Of a stretch of DNA of 64,000 nucleotides, positions 28,205 through 38,685 are shown in pieces. Positions within the stretch are counted from its first letter, which is position 1. Each line of letters opens with the position of its first letter. Position numbers and translations under genes: made by a program. This DNA comes from Lysobacterales bacterium. GTDB lineage: Bacteria; Pseudomonadota; Gammaproteobacteria; Xanthomonadales; Ahniellaceae. The stretch lies in NCBI GenBank assembly GCA_016182785.1, contig JACPFU010000024.1, positions 1 through 64,000 of the forward strand, in the 5' to 3' direction. Under the pieces are notes generated by a model. It was given only the letters and a program-made list of their open reading frames with translations. It was not told the DNA's origin and did no database searches.

Positions 28205-29302
28205 CTACTCGAAGCCGTTGGCGAGAATGACCTCGGCGAGACCGCCGTAGAGCGTGAAGGTGTGGGTGTTGTTGGCGAGGTTGCTGTCGGGCGTTGCGCT
28301 CGAGGAGACGACGCCGCTCATGGTGCGGAAGCCGAGGTACTTGTCGAGCACCACCGAGCAGACTATGGCCGCGCCCGCGGCGAGCGTCGCCTGCGGGCTG
28401 GTCGGCGAGCAGTACACGGCTGCATTCAGGCCTGCGGGCACGTCGGTGAAAGCGCAGCTGACATTGCTGGCGGCGTTCGGCCCATTGTTCGCGCAGCGGA
28501 TCGAGTAGCTGACCTTGCCCGGCGGCGGCGGTGGTGGCGGCAATTGCTGGCTCACTTGCAGGTCGGTAGTCGGCGTCGGGCTGCTGGCTGAGACCAGCAG
28601 GCCGAGGTAGGGGAAGGCCCATGGGTCGAGGCCGTCGCCCTGGATCGAGCGCACGGTGCCGTAGAAGCGGTCGGCCTCGATGCCGTTGTTGCCGCTGAAG
28701 GTGCGATTCGCGATCAGCGGGATGAAGAACTCGTACCCAGCCTGACTGCCAAGCGGCCACGAGGTCGCGCCGGGGCTGTTCGGGTCGCGGCGGTCGAGTT
28801 GGTAGGCGTTGCCGCCCGGCACCGGCATGATCGAATACGGATCGCCGCCCGCCGCCGGTTGCGGACAGCCGAACACGCGCAGGCTGGCGCCGAACGAGGT
28901 ATCGGTGATGACTTGACTGGTGAACTCGACGAACGCTCCGCTGCCATTCATCGCGCGATAGAAGCAACGCACCGGCGTGGCGGCATCGACCAGCACCGAA
29001 GTGCCTGCCGGTGGCACGAAGCCGGTCACCATCAGCCGCCCCACCGCCGGCGAGGCGATGCCTTCCATGCGCAGGCTGACGTAGAACGCCTGATTCACGG
29101 TCGGCTGCGGCGGGCTCGCGATCCACGCCTGGCGCACGTAGTAGCCGGTGCCGTTGGGCGTGTAGCCGAGCGTGAAGTCATACGCCGGCGTGTACACCAT
29201 CGGCCCCTCGCGCCATTGCACCTGGGCATGGGCTGCGGCGCTGGCCAGCAGCAGGAGGAAGAGCAGACATCGGGGCGCATCTCGGGTCATCTGGGCATTC
29301 AT
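28205..29302 (-). CDS. secreted hypothetical protein (Sec signal, PPPPPPPG linker, C-terminal ...LANGFE)
   Basis: Signal peptide CLLFLLLLASAAAHAQ, 365 aa, no recognisable catalytic motif. Start chosen at MNAQ; MTRD 12 nt downstream is an alternative. Confidence 0.5.
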   Translation of the reverse strand: MNAQMTRDAPRCLLFLLLLASAAAHAQVQWREGPMVYTPAYDFTLGYTPNGTGYYVRQAWIASPPQPTVNQAFYVSLRMEGIASPAVGRLMVTGFVPPAGTSVLVDAATPVRCFYRAMNGSGAFVEFTSQVITDTSFGASLRVFGCPQPAAGGDPYSIMPVPGGNAYQLDRRDPNSPGATSWPLGSQAGYEFFIPLIANRTFSGNNGIEADRFYGTVRSIQGDGLDPWAFPYLGLLVSASSPTPTTDLQVSQQLPPPPPPPGKVSYSIRCANNGPNAASNVSCAFTDVPAGLNAAVYCSPTSPQATLAAGAAIVCSVVLDKYLGFRTMSGVVSSSATPDSNLANNTHTFTLYGGLAEVILANGFE

Positions 29303-29411
29303 CGCGGGCGGGATTGATCGACGGGTACGCAGAAGCGCGATCGAAATCGTCATCGGCGGGCTTTGGGGGAAACGCCGCCTGGCGACGTCAACCATGGCAG
29401 GTAGTCAACGG

Positions 29412-30605
29412 ATGGATGCATTCATGTCGATCGGGCGGTGGTCCTGGGTGCTGCTCGCACTGATCGTCGCGACGGCCAGTCAAGCTGCGGCACCGTTCAG
29501 TGTCGGCGTGCTGGTGGACGGCGGTCAGATCGGAGTGCCGAGAACCTTCGCGGTCGCGAAGCTGCGCGCGGGCGAGGCGCAGCCATTGTTGCAACGAGCG
29601 CTGGAAGGTCTGGGGAATGCCGTGGTGTCGCGCGACCGCCGCCGCGTCTTCGTGGTCTCGTCGCGGCCCGACCACAGCCGACGCCTCGACGTGCTGGATG
29701 GAGGCGACTTTCGCGTACTGCGCAGCGTCACCCTGCAGCCGCCGTTCGACTGGTTCGTGGGCGAGAGGATGGCTGAGCTTCCAACCCATCCGGACGTGCT
29801 GATGGTCTCGCGCTGCTGGTGGATCGATACCCACAGCGGGGCCTTGATCGAGACGCCGGAATCACTCGGCATCCGTTGTCCGCCCGGAGCGAACACCGAT
29901 GGACTTTCGGCCAGCGGTCGCTATCTGCTGCTCAACGAAATGGGAGCGAATGGCACGCTGCTGCGCACCGTGCTGGTCGATCCGGCGCAGCCGCGTGCGC
30001 ACCTGCGGGTGTTGCCGCCGCGCGCCGGGCCGATCCTCGAAGACGATTCCGCGGTCGCCGTGGATCGCGGTGATCACATCGAACTGCACCCGATTCGCGG
30101 AAGCGGCGCACCGCAGTCCTTGCCGTTGCCGCCGCAGGTGCCGTACCTGACGCTGCTGGGTGCGCATCGCGGGGGCTTGTATGGCTTGGGATATGCGCCG
30201 GCGACAGGGCGCTATGCCGTCCACCGCTTCGATCGTGCCAGCGCGCAGTGGTCGATCGTGGTCGAGCCGATCGAATACGACATGAGGTTGGACGCCGACT
30301 TCCATGGCCGCTGGGTCCTGTTCAGTTTTCCGACCAGCGAGTGGTGCTGGGTCGGTTGCGGCTACTCGTCGTCCAGTCGGGTGCTGTTGGATACCGTGAC
30401 CGGCGCCGTCGTGCGCACGGAGTGGGACTGGGGCGGTCTGGACTCCAGCGGCGCGGCGCTGCTTGGCTCGGGCCCGACCGTGCCGGTTGCTCTGTTCTCC
30501 AGCCGCTCCGCACCGATATTGATGATCGCGTTGCTGCTGGTGATGGCATGGGCCGCAATCGACGGGCGGGCCGGGTTGATTGGTGTTCGCCCGCGCGGCA
30601 CCTAG
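29412..30605 (+). CDS. hypothetical exported protein with C-terminal membrane anchor
   Basis: N-terminal signal (WSWVLLALIVATASQAAA) and a C-terminal hydrophobic segment (PILMIALLLVMAWAAI). No family recognised. Confidence 0.45.
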   Translation: MDAFMSIGRWSWVLLALIVATASQAAAPFSVGVLVDGGQIGVPRTFAVAKLRAGEAQPLLQRALEGLGNAVVSRDRRRVFVVSSRPDHSRRLDVLDGGDFRVLRSVTLQPPFDWFVGERMAELPTHPDVLMVSRCWWIDTHSGALIETPESLGIRCPPGANTDGLSASGRYLLLNEMGANGTLLRTVLVDPAQPRAHLRVLPPRAGPILEDDSAVAVDRGDHIELHPIRGSGAPQSLPLPPQVPYLTLLGAHRGGLYGLGYAPATGRYAVHRFDRASAQWSIVVEPIEYDMRLDADFHGRWVLFSFPTSEWCWVGCGYSSSSRVLLDTVTGAVVRTEWDWGGLDSSGAALLGSGPTVPVALFSSRSAPILMIALLLVMAWAAIDGRAGLIGVRPRGT

Positions 30606-30641
30606 AATCCGGGCTCTCTTGTCCGTGGTCGCGAGGCCTGC

Positions 30642-32009
30642 ATGTCCTTACTGCCCCTGCACGTCGTCATCCTCGCCGCCGGTGAGGGCAAGCGCATGAA
30701 GTCGGCGCGGCCGAAGGTGCTGCAGCCGGTGTGCGGCGTGCCGATGCTGGCGCGGGTGATCGCGACCGCGCGCGAGCTGGGTGCGGAGGCGATCCATGTC
30801 GTTCACGGCCATGGCGGCGATGCAGTGCAGGCCGCGTTCGCGCACGATGGCCAGCTGCGCTGGGCCGAGCAGGCGCAGCAGCTCGGCACCGGGCATGCGG
30901 TGATGCAGGCGATGCCGGGCATTCCCGACGCAGCGCGCGTGCTGGTGCTGTATGGCGACGTGCCGCTGACCCGCACCGCGACCCTGCGTGCGTTGGCGCA
31001 TGCGCATGGCGCCCTGGCCGTGCTCGCGGCCAACTTCGCCGACCCGACCGGCTACGGCCGTATCGTCCGCGACGAGCACGGACGGGTCGCTGCCATCGTC
31101 GAGGAGAAGGACGCGAACGCGGCGCAGCGCGCGCTGCGCGAGATCAACACCGGCATGATTGCCGCCGACGCCGCGCCGTTGCGGCGCTGGCTGGCCACGC
31201 TCGGCACCGCGAATGCACAGGGCGAGTACTACCTCACCGACGTGTTCGCCAAAGCCGCAAGCGAAGGCTTGGCGGCGCAGGTGGTGCTCTGCGCCGACGA
31301 GTCCGAGGCGCTCGGCGCCAACGATGCGGTGCAGCTCGCCGATCTTTCGCTGCGCCTGAACGCGCGCCGCGTGCGCGAACTGCTGCTCGGCGGCGTGCGC
31401 ATGGCCGATCCGGGCAGCGTGCAGGTACGCGCCGACGTGAGCCACGGTCGCGACGTCGAGTTCGATCTGGATCTGGTGCTCGAAGGCTTCGTCGCGCTCG
31501 GCGACGAAGTGCGCATCGGCCCGTTCGTGCGTCTGCGCAATTGCCGGCTCGCCGCCGGCACCGTGGTGCAGGCGCATTGCGATCTCGATGGCGTGGTCAC
31601 GCATGGACCGTGCAGCATCGGGCCGTTTGCGCGACTGCGGCCGGGCACCGAGCTGGCGGAGGGCGTGCATATCGGCAACTTCGTCGAGACCAAGCAGGCC
31701 ACGCCCGGCGCCGGTTCCAAGGCCAACCACCTGAGCTACCTTGGTGACGCCGTGATCGGCAGCGGTGTCAATGTCGGCGCCGGCACCATCACCTGCAACT
31801 ACGACGGCGCGCACAAGCACGTCACCCGCATCGAGGACGGTGCCTTCATCGGCTCGAACACCGCACTGGTCGCGCCGGTCACCATCGGAGCCGACGCCAC
31901 CATCGGCGCCGGCAGCGTCATCAGCCACGACGCCCCGCCCGGCGAGCTCACCGTGGCGCGCGCGAAACAGCGCTCGATCGGCGGCTGGAAGCGGCCGCGC
32001 AAGGGTTGA
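30642..32009 (+). CDS. glmU: bifunctional UDP-N-acetylglucosamine pyrophosphorylase / GlcN-1-P acetyltransferase
   Basis: N-terminal [20 protein letters not shown] and C-terminal left-handed beta-helix hexapeptide repeats. 455 aa. Confidence 0.9.
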   Translation: MSLLPLHVVILAAGEGKRMKSARPKVLQPVCGVPMLARVIATARELGAEAIHVVHGHGGDAVQAAFAHDGQLRWAEQAQQLGTGHAVMQAMPGIPDAARVLVLYGDVPLTRTATLRALAHAHGALAVLAANFADPTGYGRIVRDEHGRVAAIVEEKDANAAQRALREINTGMIAADAAPLRRWLATLGTANAQGEYYLTDVFAKAASEGLAAQVVLCADESEALGANDAVQLADLSLRLNARRVRELLLGGVRMADPGSVQVRADVSHGRDVEFDLDLVLEGFVALGDEVRIGPFVRLRNCRLAAGTVVQAHCDLDGVVTHGPCSIGPFARLRPGTELAEGVHIGNFVETKQATPGAGSKANHLSYLGDAVIGSGVNVGAGTITCNYDGAHKHVTRIEDGAFIGSNTALVAPVTIGADATIGAGSVISHDAPPGELTVARAKQRSIGGWKRPRKG

Positions 32010-32058
32010 CCGCCACGCCAATCGGCTATCATCCGCCGCCCCGCCTCGAGCTTGATGC

Positions 32059-32397
32059 ATGAGACTGACTCACGCCCTGCTGCTGCTTGCTTGCTTGTTC
32101 GCAGCAGGCGGACAGTTGTTGCTGAAGATTGGCGCGCACGGCCGCACGCAGTGGCTGGAGTTCATCAACTGGCATGTCTTCTTTGGTCTCGGTGGCTACG
32201 CGGTCAGCACCCTGCTGTGGTTGTACTGCCTGTCCAGGTTGCCGCTGCGCGTGGTCTATCCCTACACCGCGCTGACCTTTGTGCTGGTGGTGCTCGGTGC
32301 GGTGATGCTGCTCGGCGAGCGCGCTGGCTGGCGCGCTGGAGCCGGTACGCTGCTGGTGCTCGCGGGCCTGGTCATCGTCACCACTGACCGCGGCTAG
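32059..32397 (+). CDS. small 4-TM GtrA/ArnE-like (SMR-fold) flippase-type membrane protein
   Basis: 112 aa with four TM segments. It is positioned ahead of a GT2 polyprenyl-phosphate glycosyltransferase, as in gtrAB / arnEF-arnC arrangements. Confidence 0.6.
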   Translation: MRLTHALLLLACLFAAGGQLLLKIGAHGRTQWLEFINWHVFFGLGGYAVSTLLWLYCLSRLPLRVVYPYTALTFVLVVLGAVMLLGERAGWRAGAGTLLVLAGLVIVTTDRG

Positions 32398-32429
32398 TTC
32401 GAATCCAGTCCACCTTTCGGAACGCGCCC

Positions 32430-33407
32430 ATGTCCCAATCCACCCCGCCGGCATCGTCCGACTACCGCCACGTCGCCGTGCTCGTGCCTTGCTACAACGA
32501 GGCGGTGACAATCGCCAAAGTCGTCGCCGATTTCAGCGCCAGCCTGCCCGGATGTCGTGTCTACGTGTTCGACAACAACTCGCGCGACGATACCGCCCTG
32601 ATCGCGCGCGCCGCTGGTGCCGTGGTCCGCCATGTGTCGCTGCAGGGCAAGGGCAATGTCGTGCGTCGCCAGTTCGCCGACATCGACGCCGCGATCTACC
32701 TGATGGTGGACGGCGACGCGACTTATGACGCCGAGGCCGCGCCGCAGTTGGTGCAGACCGTGCTCAATGGCGCCGACATGGTCGTCGGGCTGCGCGTCGC
32801 GCAGAACACCAAGGCCTATCGCCCCGGTCATGTGCTGGGCAACCGCATGCTTACCGGCTTCCTGTCTTGGCTGTTCGGCCGCGCCTGCAACGACATCCTG
32901 TCCGGCTACCGCGGCTTCTCGCGGCGTTTCGTGAAGTCCTTCCCGATCCTGTCCGCCGGCTTCGAGATCGAGACCGAGCTGACCGTGCATGCGCTCGAGC
33001 TGAAGACGCCGATCGCGGAAGTGAGCACGCGCTATTTCGACCGGCCCGAAGGCTCGGTGAGCAAGTTGTCCACCTATAAAGACGGCCTGCGCATCCTGAA
33101 GACGATGTTGCGCTTGTTCGCATCGGAACGGCCGCTCGCCTTCTTTGGCACGCTCGGCGCAGCCGCGGCGCTGCTGGCGATCGCGCTGGCGGCGCCAGTA
33201 GTGCTGACCTGGCTGGAAACCGGCCTGGTGCCGCGTTTCCCGACCGCGATACTGAGCTCGGCGATGATGATCGTGGCGATGCTCTCGGTCGCCTCCGGGT
33301 TGATCCTCGATACCGTCACTCGAGGTCGCCGCGAGATGAAGATGTTGGCCTATCTGGCGCAGCCCGATCAGCGTCTGGGTGCGCCTGAGCGAGATGCCGG
33401 CAGGTAG
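32430..33407 (+). CDS. family-2 glycosyltransferase (polyprenyl-phosphate sugar transferase, GtrB/ArnC-like)
   Basis: VLVPCYNE...VFDNNSRDDT...MVDGDATYD GT-A motifs, plus a C-terminal TM pair as in GtrB/ArnC/DPM1-like enzymes. Confidence 0.8.
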   Translation: MSQSTPPASSDYRHVAVLVPCYNEAVTIAKVVADFSASLPGCRVYVFDNNSRDDTALIARAAGAVVRHVSLQGKGNVVRRQFADIDAAIYLMVDGDATYDAEAAPQLVQTVLNGADMVVGLRVAQNTKAYRPGHVLGNRMLTGFLSWLFGRACNDILSGYRGFSRRFVKSFPILSAGFEIETELTVHALELKTPIAEVSTRYFDRPEGSVSKLSTYKDGLRILKTMLRLFASERPLAFFGTLGAAAALLAIALAAPVVLTWLETGLVPRFPTAILSSAMMIVAMLSVASGLILDTVTRGRREMKMLAYLAQPDQRLGAPERDAGR

Positions 33408-34741
33408 GCAATCAGTATCGCGACGATCACCGCCATCGGATGCAGGTAGCGGAACGAGACGATGTGCGAAAACAGCACGTGCGAGGCAAACATGCCGAGC
33501 CCGAGCAAAGCCAGCAACGCCGCCATCGACGGGTCACTGCGGCGGCCGCGCAACCAAGTCGCGACCGCCAGCAGCGGCAAGGCAAATAGCAGCAATACCC
33601 AGTACCAACGGCTGCTGGCGTAGTAGGCATGAATTGGGCTAGATCGCGTCGCCACGCCGCGTGCGTCGTAGCCGAAGCGTTGCGCGATGATGGCGATCAT
33701 GCCGTCGTCGGGTGGCCGCGTTCCAAGGTCGTCCTGCATGCGCCAGGTGGTAATCGTGTGGTCAAAGTAGTCGAACAGGTTGCTGATCCCCATGCGCAGC
33801 AGTCCGGTTGGATCGTCGCGGAACGCGTACATCGCCACCTTGCGCGCGCTGTCGTCCGGATGCGGACTGTGTTGCTCGATCAGCATGAACAAGCCGGTGT
33901 CCGACCAGATCTGCGCCTCGCGTTGGTGCGGGTCGCTGGAGGGCGGATTGGTCTGTTCGACCAGGTTGCTCGGCAGGCCAGCGCGGGCCAGGTGTTCGGG
34001 CTTGACCAGTGGTGCCAGCAACCCGATGCGCATGCGTCCGCTCGAATGCGTGTAGTCGCTGCGTTCGAGCGCATCCGACTCGGTGTCGTACCAGAGCTGA
34101 TAGGCCTTGTGACAGAACAGGGTAGCCGCGATCACGACGACCAGATGCAGCCCGGCGCGCAGCCAGCGGCGGTGGTCGGCGAGCAGATGCACGAGTACCG
34201 GCAGCGGCGCGAAGCCCAGCACCACCGGCAGCAAGCTGAGCCGCAACGATGCCACCAGCATGCCGAACACCGCCATCGCCAGCAGCGAACGCAGGTGGCC
34301 GCTGCGGACGTGGGCGATGCCGGCCAGCACCATCATCACAAAGCAGAAGGTGCCGATGGTCTCCGTCATCACCATGCGTTCGAAAAACAACTGGCCGGGC
34401 TCGATCGCCAGTGCCATCGCGACACCCAGGGCGAGTGCCGGTTTCACGCCGAGGTCTACGCGCAGGCTACGCTGAACGAACACGCAAAGAAGGACGCCGA
34501 ACAGAGTCTGCAACCAGCCCAGTTCGATCAGGTTGGCGTGCGCCAGCGCCGTGGCGCGAATGATCATCGGATAAGTGAACGAGCGATCCGGCGGTGGCAG
34601 GTTGCTGATCGCGGCCCAGAGGTAGCTGCTGGAGTCGCCCACGAAAGTGCGCATGGTTGGATCGAGCAGCCAGGCCGCTGCCTTGAGCGCGATCACCACG
34701 ACGAGGACGATCAGCATCTCGCGCGCCAACGGCGCGCGCAT
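33368..34741 (-). CDS. large polytopic membrane protein, putative GT-C-type (ArnT/GtrC-like) glycosyltransferase
   Basis: More than ten predicted TM segments. It pairs with the GtrA-like and GT2 genes, which suggests a role as the terminal transferase. The start is uncertain (ATG at 34741 or 34783; ORF open to 35035). Its 3' end overlaps the GT2 gene convergently by 40 nt. Confidence 0.45.
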   Translation of the reverse strand: MRAPLAREMLIVLVVVIALKAAAWLLDPTMRTFVGDSSSYLWAAISNLPPPDRSFTYPMIIRATALAHANLIELGWLQTLFGVLLCVFVQRSLRVDLGVKPALALGVAMALAIEPGQLFFERMVMTETIGTFCFVMMVLAGIAHVRSGHLRSLLAMAVFGMLVASLRLSLLPVVLGFAPLPVLVHLLADHRRWLRAGLHLVVVIAATLFCHKAYQLWYDTESDALERSDYTHSSGRMRIGLLAPLVKPEHLARAGLPSNLVEQTNPPSSDPHQREAQIWSDTGLFMLIEQHSPHPDDSARKVAMYAFRDDPTGLLRMGISNLFDYFDHTITTWRMQDDLGTRPPDDGMIAIIAQRFGYDARGVATRSSPIHAYYASSRWYWVLLLFALPLLAVATWLRGRRSDPSMAALLALLGLGMFASHVLFSHIVSFRYLHPMAVIVAILIAYLPASRSGAPRR

Positions 34742-34904
34742 CGGTCGATCTTCGGCGGTGTTGGATGCGACAGTGGAGCTCATCGGCAGGTCCGGCGTGC
34801 AAGACCGGCAAGGATAGCGACACCGCCTTGGCGTTTGGGTGGCGATCGGCTTGGTCGGCGGTTTCGTGATGCACGCGTGGGCGCTGCAACTGTTGATCAC
34901 CATA

Positions 34905-34988
34905 TGACGCTTTCTGCCTTCTCGCGCTGGCTTCGGTACCCTGCTGGTGTTGGCGGGACTGGTTCTGGTCACCACCGATCGCGCCTGA
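34905..34988 (+). pseudogene. 3' remnant of a second gtrA/arnE-like gene
   Basis: Translates to RFLPSRAGFGTLLVLAGLVLVTTDRA* against the C-terminus GAGTLLVLAGLVIVTTDRG* of the 32059..32397 gene. An in-frame stop lies immediately upstream; there is no start. Confidence 0.45.
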
Positions 34989-35188
34989 AACTCCCGGCAA
35001 GCGACCGGCGCCCGCCCCTCACCCCGCCACGACACGTCACGGTCGCGATCCTTGGCCTTGGCTCGGTAGAGTCCGGTGTCGGCGCCAGCGCCGTGGTGGT
35101 CGCTGCTGATCGTGAAGTGGTCGAGGTCGTTCAGCGCCAGGCACAGCGGATGTTCGTGTTCGCGAACGAGCGTGCGGCCTACCCGCGC

Positions 35189-36445
35189 TCAGTGTGCCTG
35201 CTTGAACGCGTAGACCAGGCCGTCGTCGCTTCCGGCGATGCAGAGGTCTGCGTTGCGGGCGAAGTAGATCGGCCAGTTCATGTCGCCGCTGACGTGCTGC
35301 CAGAGCTGATGACCATCACCGCCATCCAGCATCGTGAACGCGCCGGGCTTGTCGCCGGGATAGCCGGCGGCGACCGCGACGGCGCGGTCGTGGGCGCCGA
35401 GGCTGACCGCATTCGGGTTGCGGTCGAGTTTGGCCTGCCAGCGCCAGCTGCCAGGACGCGCGTGGTTGTCGAGCAGGCCGGCCAGTCCGCCGTCGCCCTG
35501 GTTCGCGATTGCTGCGACCGTGCGCCCGTCGGCGCTGATGTCGACGCCGAAGATCGCGCCGGTGTTCTCGAATTGCGCCGTCCACTCCGGCGCTGAGCTG
35601 CGAGCGAAGCGCTTCAGGTTGAACAGGTGGACGTGCCCGTTGCCGGCGCCGACCGCGAGATGGCGGCCGTCGCGTGACAGTGCCAGCGTGCGCGCCGGGC
35701 CGTCGGTGCGGTAATGCGCGATCACCTTTGCCTGGCCGCGGCGATGCTCGATCAGCACGACTTGTCCTGAGATCGTGGTGGCGACGACCTGCCGGCCATC
35801 GGGCGTGGCTGCGATATCGGTGATGCTGTTGCTGCGCCCGTTGTCCTGGGCCGGCTTCGGCATCGCGACCACGATCGGCATCGCCGCGAACTGGCCGCCG
35901 TGACGTGCGAACAGATAGGCCTCGTCGCTGCCGGCAACGACCAGACGATCATTCGCCGCGAAGGCAACCACCGACACGCGCTTGCGCGCGCTGCGGAAGT
36001 CGACCAGCTTGCGGCCGTTGTCGGCGTCGAAGACGCTGACGAAGCCGGTTCGCGGCAGGTGCGAATACCAGCCGCTGCTCGCCGCATAACGACCGCTCGG
36101 CGACAGCGCCGTCCAGTAACCGCCTTCGTGCGCCTGCATCTCGTCCTTCCACAACAGCTTGCCGGCGCGATCGAGCAGGTAAGTGCCATAGCTGCCGAGT
36201 GGCGCCACGCGCTCGGGGTCGTACTTTTTCGTGTAGTCATGATGGAAGGTGGCGGCGAGAATGCGATCGCCGGCGTCGCTGACGCTGACCGAATTCACGT
36301 ACAGGTCTGCGGTGCTCGGGCGAAAGGTCCACAGCAGTGGCGAATTCGGGGTGCCGGTGTCCGCCGAAGTGCTGCAGGCCAGCAGCAAGGAGATCAACGC
36401 GAGCGCGGTCCGCGCGAGGAAGCGGGGCAGGTGCAACATCGGCAT
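35189..36445 (-). CDS. beta-propeller (PQQ/WD40-like repeat) lipoprotein, hypothetical
   Basis: Lipobox LLLACS and repeated ...DG..L..G.D...Y.F.. beta-propeller blades. 418 aa. Confidence 0.55.
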   Translation of the reverse strand: MPMLHLPRFLARTALALISLLLACSTSADTGTPNSPLLWTFRPSTADLYVNSVSVSDAGDRILAATFHHDYTKKYDPERVAPLGSYGTYLLDRAGKLLWKDEMQAHEGGYWTALSPSGRYAASSGWYSHLPRTGFVSVFDADNGRKLVDFRSARKRVSVVAFAANDRLVVAGSDEAYLFARHGGQFAAMPIVVAMPKPAQDNGRSNSITDIAATPDGRQVVATTISGQVVLIEHRRGQAKVIAHYRTDGPARTLALSRDGRHLAVGAGNGHVHLFNLKRFARSSAPEWTAQFENTGAIFGVDISADGRTVAAIANQGDGGLAGLLDNHARPGSWRWQAKLDRNPNAVSLGAHDRAVAVAAGYPGDKPGAFTMLDGGDGHQLWQHVSGDMNWPIYFARNADLCIAGSDDGLVYAFKQAH

Positions 36446-36615
36446 GATCCGGCAGAAAAAGGGCCGGTGAGTCTAGCCATGGCCCGACGTCGCAACAACG
36501 CGCCAACGCGGTCGTGCCGGCAATTCGTCATCGTCGCAACGCCGCTACCGCAGGACTTGGCCGCAATGGCCGAGGTGCTTTCGATAAACTGCGCGGCCAG
36601 TCGAGGAGCTTGCCC

Positions 36616-38448
36616 ATGTGCGGAATTGTCGGAGTTGCGGCCAGGCGCGATGTCGTGCCGACCCTGATCCACGGACTGAAGGCGCTGGAATACCGCGGCT
36701 ATGACTCGGCCGGCATTGCGCTGCTGACGCCCGCCGGGATGCAGCGCCTGCGCGCGAAGGGCAAGGTCGCCGAACTGGAAGCGCTGCATGCGGCGACGCC
36801 GATCAGCGGTCACACCGGCATCGCGCATACGCGTTGGGCTACGCATGGGGTGCCAGCGGAGCGCAACGCGCATCCGATGGTGTCGAACGACACCGTCGCG
36901 GTGGTGCACAACGGCATCATCGAGAACCACGCCGAGCTGCGCGAGGAACTGCGCGGCAAGGGTTATGCGTTCACCAGCGATACCGACACCGAGGTGATGG
37001 CGCACCTGATCCATGCCATCCACCGCGACGGCACCTCCCTGCTCGATGCCGTGAAGCAGGTGCTGCCGCGCCTGCACGGCGCCTATGCGATCGCGGTGGT
37101 GTCGACGCGCGAACCGGGCGTCGTGGTCGGCGCGCGCAAGGGCTCGCCGATGGTGATGGGGCTCGGCGAGGGCGAGCAGTACCTCGCGTCCGACATCCAC
37201 GCGCTGCTGCCGGTGACGCGTCGCTTCGTCTATCTGGCCGAAGGTGATGTCGCCGAGATCCGCATCGACAGCACGCGCGTGTTCGATGCCGAGGGCTGCG
37301 CGGTCGAGCGCCCGGTCAAGGAGGCGCACTTCAGCGCCGACGCGGTGCAGCGCGGCGACTACCGCCACTACATGCTCAAGGAGATCCACGAGCAACCGGT
37401 CGCGATCGCCGACACGCTGGAAGGCCGCATCAGCGGCAATCATGTGCTGACCCAGATCTTCGGGCCCGCGGCCGAGGACCTGCTGACGCGCACGCAAGCG
37501 GTGCAGATCGTCGCCTGCGGCTCCAGCTATCACGCCGCGCTGGTCGCGAAGTACTGGATCGAATCGCTGGCGCGTGTGCCGGCCCAGATCGAGATCGCCA
37601 GCGAATACCGCTACCGCGACTTCGTGGTGCTGCCAAACACCTTGCTGGTCACGGTGTCGCAGTCGGGCGAAACCGCCGACACGCTCGCCGCGCTCAAGCT
37701 CGCCAAGACCATGGGGTACCTCGGCACGCTGGCGATCTGCAACGTGCCGGAGTCGTCGCTGGTGCGCGAATCGGAACTGTCGCTGATGACGCGCGCCGGC
37801 CCCGAGATCGGCGTCGCCTCGACCAAGGCCTTCGTCACCCAGCTCACCGCGTTGCTGCTGTTCGCGCTCGAACTCGGGCGCCACCACGGATTGGCGCCGG
37901 CACGTTACGCCGACGGCGTCGCGCAACTGCAGCAGCTACCGGGTTCGGTCAGCGCCGCACTCGCACTCGATCCACAAATCCGCACCCTGGCCGAGTTCTT
38001 CGGCGACAAGAAAGACGCGTTGTTCGTCGGCCGCGGCACGCAGTTCCCGATCGCGATGGAAGGCGCGCTCAAGCTCAAGGAGATCTCCTACATCCATGCC
38101 GAGGCGTACCCGGCTGGCGAGCTCAAGCACGGCCCGCTGGCGCTGGTCGACGAGGAGATGCCGGTGATCGCGGTCGCGCCCAACGATCACCTGCTGGAAA
38201 AACTGAAGTCGAACATCGAAGAAGTGCGCGCCCGCGGCGGGCGTCTGATCGTGCTCGCCGACCGCTGCGTGTCGCGCGGCATCACCCACGGCAACGAGAT
38301 CCTGCTCGAACTCGAACCCTGCGGCGACCTGATCGCCCCGATCGTGTTCACCGTCCCGCTGCAACTGCTCGCCTACCACGTCGCCGTGCTCAAGGGCACC
38401 GACGTCGACCAGCCCAGGAATCTCGCCAAATCGGTGACCGTGGAGTAG
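36616..38448 (+). CDS. glmS: glutamine--fructose-6-phosphate aminotransferase
   Basis: N-terminal catalytic MCGIVG, two SIS domains, and C-terminal ...KSVTVE. 610 aa. Confidence 0.9.
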   Translation: MCGIVGVAARRDVVPTLIHGLKALEYRGYDSAGIALLTPAGMQRLRAKGKVAELEALHAATPISGHTGIAHTRWATHGVPAERNAHPMVSNDTVAVVHNGIIENHAELREELRGKGYAFTSDTDTEVMAHLIHAIHRDGTSLLDAVKQVLPRLHGAYAIAVVSTREPGVVVGARKGSPMVMGLGEGEQYLASDIHALLPVTRRFVYLAEGDVAEIRIDSTRVFDAEGCAVERPVKEAHFSADAVQRGDYRHYMLKEIHEQPVAIADTLEGRISGNHVLTQIFGPAAEDLLTRTQAVQIVACGSSYHAALVAKYWIESLARVPAQIEIASEYRYRDFVVLPNTLLVTVSQSGETADTLAALKLAKTMGYLGTLAICNVPESSLVRESELSLMTRAGPEIGVASTKAFVTQLTALLLFALELGRHHGLAPARYADGVAQLQQLPGSVSAALALDPQIRTLAEFFGDKKDALFVGRGTQFPIAMEGALKLKEISYIHAEAYPAGELKHGPLALVDEEMPVIAVAPNDHLLEKLKSNIEEVRARGGRLIVLADRCVSRGITHGNEILLELEPCGDLIAPIVFTVPLQLLAYHVAVLKGTDVDQPRNLAKSVTVE

Positions 38449-38463
38449 GCGCTGCTCGCAGCC

Positions 38464-38685
38464 TCAAGCCCCGAATTGGCGAATGCGCTGCGGGCGGCGT
38501 GCCAGCACGTAGACGAGCGCGCCGAGGAAGTGCAGCAGCAGGATCACCAGCACCCAGATGATGCGGTCGTTGCCGGTGTCCGGTTCGCGGCGGATGCAGT
38601 CGATCAGCGCCCATACCCAGAACACGAATCCGAGTGCGATCACGGCGAGCATGGGCAGAACGATGAATTCCATTTGAAAACTCAT
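38464..38685 (-). CDS. small membrane protein with PLD-nuclease N-terminal (PLDc_N) domain
   Basis: 73 aa with two TM helices and the characteristic WVLVILLLHFLGALVYVLARR pattern. Confidence 0.5.
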   Translation of the reverse strand: MSFQMEFIVLPMLAVIALGFVFWVWALIDCIRREPDTGNDRIIWVLVILLLHFLGALVYVLARRPQRIRQFGA

